In this document: positions 24,804-38,865 of the stretch, one piece after another
How positions within the stretch are numbered: position 1 is the stretch's first letter
How the letters are laid out: every line of letters starts with the position of its first letter
Assembly: GCF_006345805.1 (NCBI RefSeq)
Contig: NC_043021.1
Span: 7,812,001-7,876,000, forward strand
Origin: Octopus sinensis
Lineage: Eukaryota
Reading direction: 5' to 3'
DNA length: 64,000 bases
Notes under the pieces: model-generated
The model's database searches: none
Told to the model about the DNA's origin: nothing
Seen by the model: the letters and a program-made list of their open reading frames with translations, nothing else
Made by a program: the position numbers and the translations under genes

Positions 24804-24989
24804 TAAATAAACATTGGTCATAATCCTAAGTCAACTCTACTGACCGTTCCTTTTGTTTACAGAAACAGGCTTTACATGTAGTTAAAACAAAACGATCAAT
24901 ATAGTCGAATTAGTTTTTACAGTTTACACGTATTATATCATATTGCATGGTTATGTTATTCATAACAAGTGTAAACTGAAATTATAAGG

Positions 24990-24995
24990 AAACAA

Positions 24996-25032
<37 letters not shown>

Positions 25033-25035
25033 GTA

Positions 25036-25101
<66 letters not shown>

Positions 25102-25266
25102 GGAGTGGCTGTGTGGTAAGTAGCTTGCTAACGAACCACATGGTTCCGGGTTCAGTCCCACTGCGTGGCATCTTGGGCAAGTGTCTTCTGCTATAGTCCC
25201 GGGCCGACCAATGCCTTGTGAGTGGATTTGGTAGACGGAAACTGAAAGAAACCTGTCGTATATATG

Positions 25267-25297
<31 letters not shown>

Positions 25298-25502
25298 TTG
25301 TGTTTGTGTGTATGTGTTTGTGTTTGTCTCCCTAGCTGCTGTGTTTACGTCCCCGTCACTTAGTGGTTCGGCAAAAGAGACCGATAGAATAAGTACTGGG
25401 CTTACAAAGAATAAGTCCCGGGGTTGATTTGCTCAAATAAAGGCGGTGCTCCAGCATGGCCGCAGTCAAATGACTGAAACAAGTAAAAGAGTAAAAGAGA
25501 GA
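24990..25502 (+). mobile_element. SINE family A (25100-25502) inserted in an (AAT)n tract
   Basis: (aat)n on both sides (24990-25100, 25503-25545). Confidence 0.9.
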
Positions 25503-25546
<44 letters not shown>

Positions 25547-25957
25547 AAACAATAAATTTTGCAAAAAGAAGAAAGCATTAAAACTAAATTAACCGTCTTT
25601 ACCAGTAAGCTGAAGTTCAGATGAAATAAAAAATATAATAATTTATGCTTTCTAAAATTTCATCAGATAAAAAGAATTATGTAAGTGGAGACTCTAACAA
25701 AATCTCACATGAAGAGCAAAAGGATTGTTTTTAAGTGCAACTAGCTAGAGGAAGCCTAGCATTCAGATATAAAACGGTTCACTTTTTAAATCATGCAAGT
25801 GAAATATTACAACTGTACGATTGCTGTTTCAAACTCAAAAAATGCTCTTGGGACACAAAAATTTATTTTCTTTATCAATTGTTTTCAACAAATAAGGAGT
25901 GATAATATATGAACAAATAAACATTTGGTTAATGATATGCTGTAAAATAAATGAATA

Positions 25958-26002
<45 letters not shown>

Positions 26003-26039
26003 CATCACCACCACCACCACCACCACCACCACCACCATC

Positions 26040-26890
26040 ACCACCATCATCATCATCATCATCTTCTTCTTCTTCTTTTAGTATCTGTTTTCCATGTTGG
26101 CATGGGTTGGGCAGTTTGACTGTGACTGATGAGCTAGAGAGCTACCCACCCGGGGCTCCAGTCTATTTTGGTTTGGTTTTTATTGCTGGATGCCCCTTCA
26201 TAATGCCCCCCACTCCACAGAGTGTATGGGTGCCTCTTACATACCACCAGCTCTGGCCACAACAACAATTTCACTTAGCGCTTGATGTTTGTGCTTGTCC
26301 TGCCAATTGCTTGACAACCAGTGTTGTTTTGTTTATGTCTCTGTAACTTAGCAGTTTGGCAAAAGAAACCAGTAGAACAAGTACATCATCATCATTTAAT
26401 GTCCATTTTCCATGCTGGCATGAGTTGGACGGTTTGACCAGAGATGGAAGCAGGAGAGCCTGCACCAGGTTCCAGTCTGACTTGGCTTTGTTTCTATGAC
26501 AGGATGCCCTTCCTAATGCCAACCACTTTACAGAGTGTGCTGGATGCTTTTTTACACGCCCCAGCACACTACATCATCATCATCATCGTTTAGGGTCCGC
26601 TTTCCATGCTGGCATGGGTTGGACGGTGCAACTGGGGTCTGGGAAGCCAGAAGGCTGCACCAGGCCCAGTCTGATCTGGCAATGTTTCTACGGCTGGATG
26701 CCCTTCCTAACGCCAGCCACTCCGTGAGTGTAGTGGGTGCTTTTTACGTGCCACCTGCACAGGTGCCAGACAAGTCTGGCAAACGGCCACGGTCGGATGG
26801 TGCTTTTTACGTGCCACCGGCACGGAGGCCAGGCGAGACTGGCAAACGGCCACGATCGGATGGTGCTTTTTATGTGCCACGGCACCTTAC
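26040..26890 (-). mobile_element. Cluster of three RTE 3' UTR copies (26040-26250, 26385-26560, 26570-26890) and an old SINE A piece
   Basis: Each begins with (cat)n then ttccatgctggcatgggttgg. Confidence 0.8.
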
Positions 26891-28398
26891 TTAAAAATAA
26901 GTACTGAGGTCAATTTATTTGACCAAATCCCTCAAGGTAGAGCCCCAACATAGCCACAGTCCAATGACTGAAACAACCAAAAGATAAAAGATAGTTCACA
27001 TGGTTTGAGGCACAGTAACTGACTATTGATGACAGGGACACAAACCTAAATTTTACTAACATTTGTGTCATACTCAACAGAGACAAGGCACATAACTATG
27101 TTTACCTCAGTCTAAGTGACACACAAACTGGTTCCATTAATACTTCATAGTTCAAGTGGTTAGACATAAGATCATATGCAGCAGTAAAAACAGTTGCTAT
27201 AACAAAACCAACCATTTCAAACAGCCAGCCTGATATAATGGATGTGAAACAGGTCATGGGTGTATGTATGTGCATAAATACATACAGATATACATATACA
27301 CACATACACAGACATATACATAAAATCTTTCCAGAATGTTTTGATACAAATTTTATAAAATATATTATATTATAATATATATATATATATATACACATAC
27401 ACACAAGTAATGAAAAATGTCATTATTTGTGAGAGCGTATTTTGTATTAATTTACCATAATTGAGATATACTGCTATACAAATTGAAGCAACTGAACATA
27501 TGCATGCGTGTGTATGTATGTGTGTGCGTGTACATATACATAAATATAAATGGCAATTTCTGTCTGTCTGTTATCATTTTAGTGCCTAAACAAGCAAACC
27601 AATATTCATGAAACTTTCCATACATGTTATACTAATGTCCAGTTCAATAATAGGCTAATTGGATTCCAGTGAAAATCTATAATGTACCCCACAGAGGCAT
27701 TGGCCAAATTATAAGGTAAAATGAGAAGGTTGCAAAAAGTATTAGTCTTACGGAGAGGTAGTAAATGAGAGAGGGTGACTTCATTTTACCTGTGATTACC
27801 TGTGTGTCCATTTGTAAATGTGTCATGTCTTATAACTCTTTGTCTCTCTACTTTTGTAGGGCCTTCCCTGTTGCTGTCACATATTGTGAGATTTTAAAAT
27901 TACGTCAAAATTTCCAAATTTGGTATATGGAAATAATTTTTTTGTTAAATCCAATTTTGTTATTTATTTGTTCCAGAAAAGTTGCAGAAAAATGTTATTG
28001 AGGTTTAAAGTTTAATCAGTTTTACCTAACCTGAAATCAGGATTTGGAAGCTGGCATTTTCTGCATGATAACTGTCTATCACAAAATGAAAGCAAAATCA
28101 TTAGGAGGAGGAATTTTTATTCAACAAACCAAAGCAAAGCATTACGACGACCAAAGTTGTAAAAACATCTGAAGTTTTAATGAATAAAGTCATATGAAAT
28201 GCTTGACTAGACATGTAAATAATCTAAAAAGGAAAAAAAAATCCTCAACGAAGTGTTTTGGCAAAAAATAGCATAAGTATGTCCTGATTAAGAGGCCTAA
28301 CTGTCAGCATGCTCTGACATGGAATAAATAAAAATTTATATATAGGACATTCTAGTGTAAAAATTGCCTGGCAACTACAGGTTATTCAACTAGTGTAT

Positions 28399-28421
<23 letters not shown>

Positions 28422-28429
<8 letters not shown>

Positions 28430-28641
28430 TGCTGAAAAGTTCCTGGCTTTAAGGGTATTGTGAAAAGCCTGGTTGGAGGTCCAATCTTCCAAATTTTTTT
28501 ACAGGGCTTAGAAAAACTGAATGGCTGCTTGAATAAGTGTGTGAATCTGAGAGGGGGAATACTTTGAATAAAATCATAATTAACTAATCCTCCTGTATTT
28601 TCTTTTACCTGAAGCCAGGAACTTTCTGTAAACCCCTTGCA
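28422..28641. mobile_element. Mariner-like MITE, about 220 bp
   Basis: Imperfect TIRs cgagggggtgctgaaaagttcctggcttt / gaagccaggaactttctgtaaaccccttg; a related single end lies at 48525-48560. Confidence 0.65.
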
Positions 28642-29357
28642 TATATACACCCCCCCACATATTTACATATATATATATATATATATATATAGGCTCACAC
28701 ATAAATTGTAATTAACTACTGCAGCAGTAAGAGTTCTCATAATTGTACAATGTAAACAGAAACAATGAAATAATTGTCAGAAATAATACTGCAATGCCAA
28801 ATATAAATATACTTAAACATCTATACTTCAAAGTAGCCATGCCTCAAATAAAGAATGCTTTCTTCAAATGATTTTGCTCAATTTTCTAATTTTCTCAGCT
28901 AGCAACACTAATATTTTTCTGCAATAACATGCCATAAAAAAATATGTTGTTTAAACAAAAAGAAAAAAAAAATCAATTTGCACTTAGTAAAATTATTTAT
29001 TCATATGGAAGAAATAATATGCCACCCTATTAATTATGATCTATTTTTCACCCTGTTTAGCACTCAAATGAAAGATGTTTTATGTGACTTGGGTGGATCT
29101 TTGTAGCACAATGAAAGTATTATAGCAACCGTGAGGTTGAATTATCATAAATCAATATATAAGAAAAGAAAAGCCACAGTCTAAACAGAGTATGGAATAT
29201 ATACAAGATTGCAAATGACAGACTCTTTCTTCTTTAAAATCTATGTATTTCTATGAAGACAACACTCATATTTATCAAGTAGGGAAATATTGACTTTAAT
29301 TTGATATAAGATATATGGTCTAAAGACATACATTACAATATGTGTGTGTGTGTGTAT

Positions 29358-29613
29358 TCCTTTATTCTTTTTCTTGTTTCAGTCATTTGACTGTGGCCAT
29401 GCTGGAGCACTGCCTTGAAGGGTTTTAGTCCAAAAAAATCAATCCCAGCCTAGTACTTATTCTGTCAGACTCTTTTGCTGAACTGCTAAGTTACAGGGAC
29501 ATAAACACACCAGCATTGGTTGGTCGTCAAGCAATGGCAGGGGGACAATCACAGAAACAAAGACACACACACAGATATATACATACATACATCATACATA
29601 TATATATACATAC

Positions 29614-29646
<33 letters not shown>

Positions 29647-29876
29647 TGTATGTATGTATGTATGTATGTATGTATGTATGTATATATATATATATACACA
29701 CACACACACATATATATGGGCTTCTTTCAGTTTCTGTCTACCAAATCCGCTCACAAGGTTTTGGTCGGCCTGAGGCTATAGTAGAAGACACTTGCCCAAG
29801 GTGCCACGCAATGGGACTGAACCCGGAACCATATGGTTCGTAAGCAAGCTACTTACCATGTAGCCACTCCTACACC
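29358..29876 (-). mobile_element. SINE family A with expanded (TATG)n internal microsatellite
   Basis: Homology to A; (tatg)n at 29617-29680. Confidence 0.88.
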
Positions 29877-30319
29877 TATACATATATTATGAGTTCTACT
29901 TTTCCTGTTTGCATCTCCATACTTACACACACACACACACACACACACGCACATACACAGGTATGGCTTAAATCTAACTTAGAAATTCACACCTGATAAA
30001 TATGTTATACAAAGCATAATGAAACACCAAATACATAAGAGACAAAAATTCCTTCACACCACAATTGCCAATTCTTATGTTACTGTGCTTGACCCTTTGG
30101 CTTTTATTGTAACGAATATGACAATAGACTAATTATGACTAAATGTCTCATTAAATCTATCATACACTCTATCCACACACATATACACACTGAAGTATGA
30201 TGCATTGGTGTTACTCCATTCAAACTTTTAGATAAGACAGGCTTCATATATGCTAATGCAACAAATGAACCTATGTAAAACAATTGTTACTTGAAATAAC
30301 ACTACATCACAATGAGTGA

Positions 30320-30645
30320 GGGCACATGGCTCATTGGTTAGGGCGTTCGGCTCATGATCGTAAGGTTGTGAGTTCGATTCCCGGCGACGCGTTGAGTCCT
30401 TGAGCAAGACACTTTATTTCACATTGCTCCAGTTCACTCAGCTGGCAAAAATGAGTAGTACCTGTATTTCAAAAACAGCCAGCCTTGTCACACTCTGTGT
30501 CACGCTGAATCTCCTTGCGAACTACATTAAGGGTACATGTGTCTGTGGAATGCTCAGCCACTTGCACGTTAATTTCACAAGCAAGCAGTTCTGTTGATCG
30601 TATCAGCTGGGACCCTCGTCGTCGTAACCGACGGAGTGCTCCTAC
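30320..30645 (+). mobile_element. Chimeric SINE: G-type head/CORE-like segment joined to the C2 tail
   Basis: 5' half matches 3390-3530; 3' half matches the reverse complement of 39972-40160. Confidence 0.8.
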
Positions 30646-31103
30646 TACTACCTACATCACAATAATATATAGAAATAATATCGTTACTGGCTTCGTTAAG
30701 GCAGCAAGCTGGCTGGAATCATTAGCATGCTGAGCAAAATGCTTATCGGCATTTTGTCTGTCTTCATGTCCTGAGTTTAAATTTGGTCAAGCTTGATTTT
30801 GCCTTTTATCCTTTCAGGGTCATCATGATTATCATAATTTAACGTCCATTTTCCTTGCTGGCATGGGTTGGGGAGTTTTACTGAAAACTGGTAAGCTGGG
30901 GAGCTGCACTAGGTTCCAATCTGATTTGGCATGGTTCCTACAGTTGGATGCCCTTCCTAATGCCAACCACTCCAAGAGTGTAGTGGGTGCTTTTTATGTG
31001 CCATGACTATGATCTCACTTGGCTTGACGAGTCTTGTCAGAGTTCTCAGTCGCTTGTCTGCTTCTGTGAGGCCCAAGATTTGAAGGATGCTTTGTATGTA
31101 TAA

Positions 31104-31325
31104 AGGCGGCGAGCTGGCAGAATCGTTAGCACGCCGGGCGAAATGCGTAGCCGTATTTCGTCTCCCGTTATGTTCTGAGTTCAAATACCGCCGAGGTCGA
31201 CTTTGCCGTTCATCCTTTCGGGGTCGATAAATTAAGTACCAGTTACGCACTGGGGTTGATATAATCGAGTTAATCCGTTTGTCTGTCCTCTCTGTGTTTA
31301 GCCCCTTGTGGGTAGTAAAGAAATA
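31104..31325 (+). mobile_element. SINE B1 monomer with 16-bp TSD, next to an RTE 3' UTR copy (30825-31080, -)
   Basis: aggatgctttgtatgt at 31084-31099 and 31325-31340. Confidence 0.92.
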
Positions 31326-31517
31326 GGATGCTTTGTATGTGTTATCGGAACAGGTGCCAGCTATACGACACTTGCATTGACCATGACTGCAATAAAATAA
31401 ATACCAGTTCAGTACTGTGGTCAATGCAATCGACTTATCTCCTCCCCCAAAATTGCTGGCCTTGTGCCAAAGTTTAAAACCAATATCATAACTGACTTCA
31501 TTGGCACCATTGATTAA

Positions 31518-31739
31518 CCCTTTCGTTACCAACCCGGCTGAAACTGGCTCTGGCTCTTTAGTTACAAATGTCTGGTTTTCAAAAGTTCTGAATTAAAACC
31601 TTCCACCAAACCTTAGTCACAATTTATGTCCCTAACTCTAGCTTAATGATAACGATGTTATTTTACTTAATTCTTTGTTATATTTAAAATAATTGGAAGA
31701 AACACTGAGCATCTCAAAATAAATTCAGTAATGAAAGGG
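31518..31739. mobile_element. piggyBac-like MITE, family 1 (222 bp)
   Basis: TTAA at 31514-31517 and 31740-31743; TIR ccctttcgttac / gtaatgaaaggg (11/12). Confidence 0.8.
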
Positions 31740-31829
31740 TTAAATCACCACATGTATTGAATACTTTATGCCTTGTATGTAATATCCAAACATATGTGTT
31801 GCATTCAAATAACTACTACAGCATAAAAA

Positions 31830-32010
31830 TAACCATGTAAAAAGCACCCACTACACTCTCAGAGTGGTTGGCATTAGGAAGGGCATCCAGCTGTAGAAAC
31901 TCTGCCAGATCAAGATTGGAGCCTGGTGCAGCCATCTGGTTCGCCAACCCTCAGTCAAAATCGTCCAACTCATGCTAGCATGGAAAGCGGACGTTAAACG
32001 ATGATGATGT
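31830..32010 (+). mobile_element. RTE 3' UTR copy
   Basis: aaaaagcacccactacactc..ggacgttaaacgatgatgatg. Confidence 0.85.
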
Positions 32011-32869
32011 GTCCTTAACAGAAATTACAGATTTAACACTCTCTTAAGACATGCTAAGCAATTCATTTGTCTTGTTTATTTCCCCGCAAAGTGTTAAGAT
32101 ACTCTAAAAATATTGCTGTGTTGCATTTCCTCCATTTTCATTCAGCCTTTATGAATGGACATTCATTTGGTCTTAAACAGTTTGTTCTCATAGGTTAGGC
32201 TTGATATTGAATGCTTTTAATGACATTTTCTAAAAGTTTCTTTCAGATAGTTTTTATCAATCCTGCTGAGAAAATTTTCTTTGTTTGTAATGGTTAGCTG
32301 CATAAAACTCATATCGACAGTTGTTAACTTGCTGAATGTGCACCACGGTCTGTTTTTCATAGTCATGGTTGAGTATGGTTTCCTGTGTCTTAAAACTAGT
32401 CCCACTACTCTATACAACCGCTACTATAACTGCTTTTACATTGGATGAATGAACGACACAACTGACATGCTTTGGACATGCTTTGAAGCTTCTTTGTCCT
32501 TTCCTTCATACATCTAACATACAGAATAGACATGTTGTTGTTGTTGTTGTTGTCATTTACATGTTTTTAAAGTGAGGAGGATAAAAAGGTTGGCATGAAG
32601 TGAAGCAAACAGTGAACACGGTGGATTTTACAAACAAGGGCTATCTTGGTTGAAGAATGGTGGTGAATAGACAGATTCCATAAAGCTGTTAAAGACAATT
32701 TATTTTATTTACTTATGCGCCCTTTTTCAAGCCTAGCCAGGCTCATGGGCCTGGTTTCCCGGTTTCTATGGCATATATGTCCCCCCACCCCAGCTGGATG
32801 GGACACCAGTTTTAAAAAGGTAATATATTATTTTTTAAAAATCGACAACAACCTTCCTGGTTTGACGTG

Positions 32870-33150
32870 ACAATTTATCAAAAAGACCAGCATCAGAGTA
32901 GAGAAAAACTCTCAGTAAATAAGTTTTGATTCAGTCTGACTCAGTTTTAGCTCTCATTTGACACATAAGCTGCAGGCTGGAACAGACCTCATGGTAGGCC
33001 CTGCACAAGATAGCTGGATGTGATTAGGGAAGATCTTCAGAGGCTTGACGTCACCTTGGAGGATGCAGTTCTCAAAGAGACCAGCACCAGAGTAGAGAAA
33101 AACTCTCAGCAAATGAAGATTATGATCCAGTTTTGACCCAGTTTAACTCA
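32870..33150. repeat. Diverged direct duplication, period about 195 bp
   Basis: agaccagca.cagagtagagaaaaactctcag.aaat at about 32884 and about 33078. Confidence 0.75.
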
Positions 33151-33244
33151 GCTTTAGAAACTTCACTGTTTTTAAAAGGCAATAATATTACAATTTCTCA
33201 TTTCTATTTCATGTACAGTTAAGGATTTATTTTGAAGTACTTAC

Positions 33245-33320
33245 AGGATACATACTATCTTCTTCTTCAAATTCAAAGTATGATGTGTAATCAGGATCTA
33301 TTTCAACCATTGCAGGCCAC
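33245..33320 (-). CDS. ZCWPW1: Coding exon, PWWP motif ([W]WPAMVEIDPDYTSYFEFEEEDSMYP)
   Basis: 76 nt; long poly-T tract then ttctag acceptor, donor gtaagt; first base completes tg|g to give the literal PWWP motif. Confidence 0.92.
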
Positions 33321-34314
33321 CTAGAATTTTAAAAGAAAAAGAAAAAAAAAAAACAAGATGGTAAAGTTCATTAATTTGAAATAATAAAAACCAATTAAAA
33401 AAAATATCATGTTGGTGTGTGAGTTAGTGTCAATCAGTGAAATGGTCTTTTTTGGATATGATTTAGGATGTTTGTGGTTGTATCACTAACATTTTACAGA
33501 ACAGCCATGGGCATTGCTCCTTCTACCAAACCTAGCAAAGAAAAAAAAAAAAAGGCTCCAGCAGGGCTGTGTGGTAAGAATCTTGCTATTCAGCTACATG
33601 GTTTCGGGTTCAGTCCCACTGCATAGCACATTGGGCAAGTGTCTTCTACAATAGCTTGGGCCGACCAAAGCCTTGTGAGTGGATTTGCTAGATGGAAACT
33701 GAAAGAAGCTCATCGTATATATATATGTGTGTGTGTGTGTGTCCTCATGCTAGCATGCAAAGCGGACATTAAATGATGATGAGGATGATGATGATATACA
33801 CGTTCTTCATTTCAGCTTTATCATTGTTCTTATTTTAGTGTCCTTTGGCTGAAATCTTTTGTCACACATCTTGTGACCTCTTTAGGGACTCTCCATCCCA
33901 TGTGTATCCTCCTGTTCTATTTAGTCCAATTTGTCTTTCACTATTAAAATGTCGAATTTCAAAACGAAAAGTATTTCAACCCTGATCGGCTGCTGACTTT
34001 CCACAAAGCTCAACTGTGATTCATACATTGGGTGGAGTAGTGCTTCTATATCTGTTCTTTTTACAATAACTTAGGCATTGGAGGAGAAGGAGGAGGACTG
34101 TACTTAAAACCTTAGGAGGCCATTCTAGACAGGTGAGATTAACATGGTTGATGCCTAGATTCAAGATCTGGGGCAGTGCAATGCTATGCACGCAAAAATA
34201 CTCGAACATATCTAAAAGAAAAAAGAAAGCCAACAAGCTGATCGGCAAAGATTCATTCATTAATACGCTTTGCCCCATTGGCTTACAAAAATGCTATTTC
34301 TTTTCTTTCTTTCT

Positions 34315-34399
34315 ACTACTACTACTACTGCCACCACCTCTACTACTACTACTACTACTACTGCCACCGTCTCTACTACTACTACTACTGCCACCACCT

Positions 34400-34439
<40 letters not shown>

Positions 34440-34440
34440 A
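34315..34440. repeat. (CTA)n microsatellite with three ctgccacc..ct interruptions
   Basis: Directly visible; source of the poly-Y, poly-L and poly-S ORFs. Confidence 0.95.
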
Positions 34441-35269
34441 TAGTTTCTTCTCTTCTGAACTGTCTGCATTCTGTTTTTTTCCGTCAGTCAGTTCCGCCAG
34501 GCACACCTGTCTCCCTCTCTCTCATACCCCCCACCCACTGTGACTCACCTCTAAGATCCTACACTAGATGCTAGTTCATACAATCCTTCTTGAATTCTTT
34601 ATCTACCTACACTTTTTCCTGTAGACATTCACCAGAAGACATTTATAACTGAATAGCATACACACACAACCTAAGAGACCCTACAAAAGTCATATCATTA
34701 TCTTCCAATTCTCCTGATTGACTTTATAAAACAGAAGAAGAAAAAAATTGAAAGAAAATAAAAAAGGAAATTAAAATATTTTATATTTCATTCCACTCAG
34801 TTCTAAATTCAAGCTCTGCCATAGTTTATAGAATAAGTATCGACAAGATTTCGTTCCTTCCCATTACAAAAATCAGTCTTGTGCCTCAGGAAAAAAAAAA
34901 ACAAAAAAAAATATGAATAAAGACATATGCAAATATGAACATTAGCAGAACCATCCAATTACTCCATTTCTGAGAGGAGAAAAAAAAGAAAAGAAATGAA
35001 AATCAGATACAAAAACCAGTATCAAATGAATAAATAAATAGATAAATGCATAAAAATAAAAACACAACAGCAGCAACAATAACAGGAATTTAGGTGATTT
35101 ATGATTAAAAGTGGGTGAGTTATTTGAAGCTGAGGTTATATTTTGGAGTACTATCTATTCCAAGAAGGAAGATAAAAAAAAAAAATTTAGTTTCTTTGAT
35201 ATTGATTTTGAAAGGCTAAGGATGTAGTGAAAATATGGTGAAATTAAACACAAAGAGGCCATTATCGGG

Positions 35270-35646
35270 ATGCTGCTGATGATGATGACGACGATGATGA
35301 TGACAACAGCGGTGGTGGTTGTGATGGTGATGACAATAGTGATGATGATGAATGATGGTGGTGGTGGTGGTGGTGAGGATAGTAATGATGATGATGATGA
35401 CGACATCAGCGGTGGTGGTTGTGATGGTGATGACAATAGTGATGATGATGATGGTGGTGGTGATGAGGATAGTAATGATGATGATAATGATGATGGTGAT
35501 GACAATGATGGTGGTGGTAGTGATGGTGATGACAATAGTGATGATGATGATGGTGGTGGTGGTGGTGGTGATGATGATGAGGATAGTAATAATGATGATG
35601 ATGATGACGACAACAGCGGTGGTGGTTGTGATGGTGATGACAATAG

Positions 35647-35677
<31 letters not shown>

Positions 35678-35815
35678 GATGATGAGGATAGTAATGATGA
35701 TGATGACGATGATGACAATGATGGTGGTGGTAGTGATGACGATAGTGATGATAACGATGACAACGTTGATGGTGGTGGTGGTGGTGGTAGCGATGATGAT
35801 AACAGTGGTGGGAGG
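35270..35815. repeat. Degenerate (GAT)/(GGT) trinucleotide array with about 100-bp higher-order units
   Basis: cagcggtggtggttgtgatggtgatgacaatagtgatgatgatg recurs at about 35306, 35407 and 35614. Confidence 0.9.
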
Positions 35816-37260
35816 TGAGCATTGCCAACACCATTATTACTCATCTGTAGGTGTGTTGTGACAAGTATTATAAAGCTTACATAACCGGATGGGAAGAGTC
35901 TCAGATGGACATACATACATACAAAGACAGATACAAAGTGAGGGGGAGAGCAAGGGAATTAGAGATATACAGGTTCAGACAGATATCAAAAAATAAATTC
36001 ACACATACACACACACACACTAGTATTATAAACAATATTGATTTATAGAAGTCTTTTGTTTCTGTGAGGTCAACACACTAAGTACCAGAAATATACTGAA
36101 GACAATCTAATTGACTCTGTTCTTCTTTTATAAAAAATTGGCCTTGTGCCTAGTCAGAACAAATCAATATTGATCTAAAGAAATCAATATGAACTCAAAG
36201 GCAACAATCATATTGTTAATATGCTGAGAGAAAATTAAAAATACAAGTGTAACATATGCAAGCAAATGTAACTATTATCCATAAATTATGTCTTCATCTG
36301 ATGAGACTCTGAAAGTTGTAAAATAAAAAAAAAAATTAAGAAAAAAACAAAAATAGATTCCATTTATTTATTTATTTTATTGCATTATCCAGGATCGTCA
36401 ATGCATATAACAGGAAAGACTAATTAAAGCACAATGATTGGAGTCATTCCTAGTTGAAAGAAAAAGAAAAAAAAAAAAAAAATCCAGACAATTTTTTTTT
36501 TACTTGTGAAGAGATTAAAGGGATTTTCTTTGCATATAAAATATCCAGATTGTATTTGATGTGAATGGTAATGAAACTTGGGCCAGTGAAAGATGATAGG
36601 AAGGCTTATAGAAATCGCAAACAATGTTACATATATTGAAAACGAATTCGTAGGCTTGGTGGATGATCTCATATGAAATCACATTCTGTCAGAGGATTAT
36701 TGGAAACAAGTGTGACATGCAAAAGTTGAAGGAAAAAACAATCTAGTTCAATTCACACACAAACACGAATATAAATAACCATGGAGAGAGTTAGGTGGGT
36801 AAATAACTACAGCCAGCAACTTTTTGGTTATTAGGGTAAAAAAGAAGAAAAAAAATGGTATGTAAAAAAAAACAAAAAAACCCAAGGCAAAAACCCAATC
36901 AACATGAAGTTGATTTAAAATTGAGTCAGAAATTGGATAACAGGAACAAAGAATGTTCAATCAATGCAAAAATGAAAGCATGCATTAGAACAATAACGAA
37001 AAAGTGTGTGCTGAAATCAAGGCCAATTAGAGTTGAAGGCTTTTCAGAAATATTAGCATTAACAAAAAAAACCCCCAAAAAACAATAAAAAACCAAATGT
37101 CCTTGCATCATATTTTATAAATATGTTGTATGAACACACGCAAATATTCATGTCTACAGTCTCACCAATATATATTTAATATGTACGAAATACAAAAGAC
37201 CCCCAACTGATACCGTTATGAGAAATGTTTCATTTAAAAAAAAAATGTGTAAATGTAGAT

Positions 37261-37460
37261 AGGCGGAGGAGTGGCTGTGTGGTAAGTAGCTTGCTTACCA
37301 ACCACATGGTTCCGGGTTCAGTCCCACTGCGTGGCACCTTGGGCAAGTGTCCGATAAAATAAGTACTAGGCTTACAAAGAATAAGTCCTGGGGTCGATTT
37401 GATCGACTAAAGGCGGTGCTCCAGCATGGCCACAGTCACATGACTGAAACAAGGAAAAGA
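37261..37460 (+). mobile_element. SINE family A with a large internal deletion
   Basis: Head joined directly to the gatagaataagtactagg tail segment. Confidence 0.8.
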
Positions 37461-37779
37461 GAATGTGATGAGGTACAGGATAGTTTGAAGCAAGGGAAAA
37501 TTATGAGAATAACAAAAGATTGTGACTATAAGTGACTTGAAGTAAAGGCAAAAATCTGAGAATCAGAAAAGAGCATGGCAGTAGACAAAAGTCTAATTAT
37601 AAATGGGAACAAGAATGGTTGTGTAGTTAAGGGAGTTTGTATTGTATCCACAAAGTTTCTGGGTTCAGAAGGGTTCTTCTACTGCCATAGGCCCAGGATG
37701 ATCAATAACTTGTGTGTGGAATTTAGTAGGTGGAAACTGCACAGAATCTCATCATATTAAGCAGTTTGGATTACCTTAA

Positions 37780-38001
37780 CCCTTTAGTGTTTGCATTATT
37801 CTGCCAAAATTAATGCTCTTTTTATGCACATTGCCTTGAACTAATCGTACATTATCTTGTAGCTATGAGATTTTGATGAGGTAGCTGTTAATTTTTAAAA
37901 CGATATTGTAGGGCTGGTGTGAAAGACCAGATCTGGCCAGTTTGAACATAAAACAGGCAGTATACTTTTGGCCGGATATGGCCGGTCTAAATGCTAAAGG
38001 G
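37780..38001. mobile_element. piggyBac-like MITE, family 2 (222 bp)
   Basis: TTAA at 37776-37779 and 38002-38005; TIR ccctttag / ctaaaggg; homologues at 12080-12246, 22875-22987 and 41477-41667. Confidence 0.82.
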
Positions 38002-38865
38002 TTAAAGAACTGAGAGTAAGGACAAAGTCTTGAACTAGCATACCAGATGCTTTGTATAACAATCCTTTCTTTAGTCCAATTTAAGGACTTTTCTAAATTG
38101 TTGGCTAGATTAAAGTCCCATAAAAGACATGGAGATCAGAACTAAAACAAAAGAAGAAAAAGTTCTGTTAGGTCAGAATATGTCAAAATTAATGGGAGAG
38201 CCCATTACAAACACACATACATATATATATATCAGACCACCAACACCACCACCAGCACCACTGCTGCCACTGCCGCCACTTAATGTCTGTTTTCCATGCT
38301 GGCATGGGTTGGGCGGCTTGGCAGAAACTGATAAGGCCAGGGGCCCACACCAGGTACCGTAATCTGTTTTGGCTTGGTTTCTACGGGTAGATGCCCTTCC
38401 TAATGCCAACTGCTTCATTAGGAGTATACTGGAACCTTTTTATATGGCACCATCACAAGTGCCTTTTAAGTGGAACCTTGGTTTTAGGATCCCAATTCTG
38501 TTGTGGTGGGCAGGTCTTTTCAAGTTCAGCAATTGCACCACATAGCTTGGTCCTCTGTCATCTCTTTTGTAAAGGTTCAGCATTTTCAGATCAGCTTTCA
38601 AAAACTTTGTCCATGTCTTCCTGATGCATATCAATAAAGGATGTCCCTTGTCTTCCAGATGCAGATCAATAAAGGATATGAAAGTCATTGTGAAGACAAA
38701 TATAAATAAATACAACAAATATTTCTTCTTCGCTCAGTTACACAAACTGGCTTGTCATTCTTGTTGATAAAAATGCAATACACCAGAGACTAGCCTGTTG
38801 AATACCTGTAACCAACAATTGCTATTATTCCTAGACTGTGACACAATATATATATATATATATGT

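Noticed and set aside
32100-32420. Minus-strand stretch with faint pogo/Tigger DDE-like words (YEKQTVV, KG*M..EM)
   Set aside because: Needs several frameshifts, no TIRs found; cannot be supported without a profile search.
34021-34574. Poly-Y, poly-L and poly-S ORFs
   Set aside because: Read-through of a (CTA)n microsatellite.
35155-35916. Longest ORFs in the track (poly-S/P, poly-D/G, poly-M/V, poly-H)
   Set aside because: Stop-free by-products of a GAT/GGT repeat, open in several frames on both strands, with no domain or splice support.
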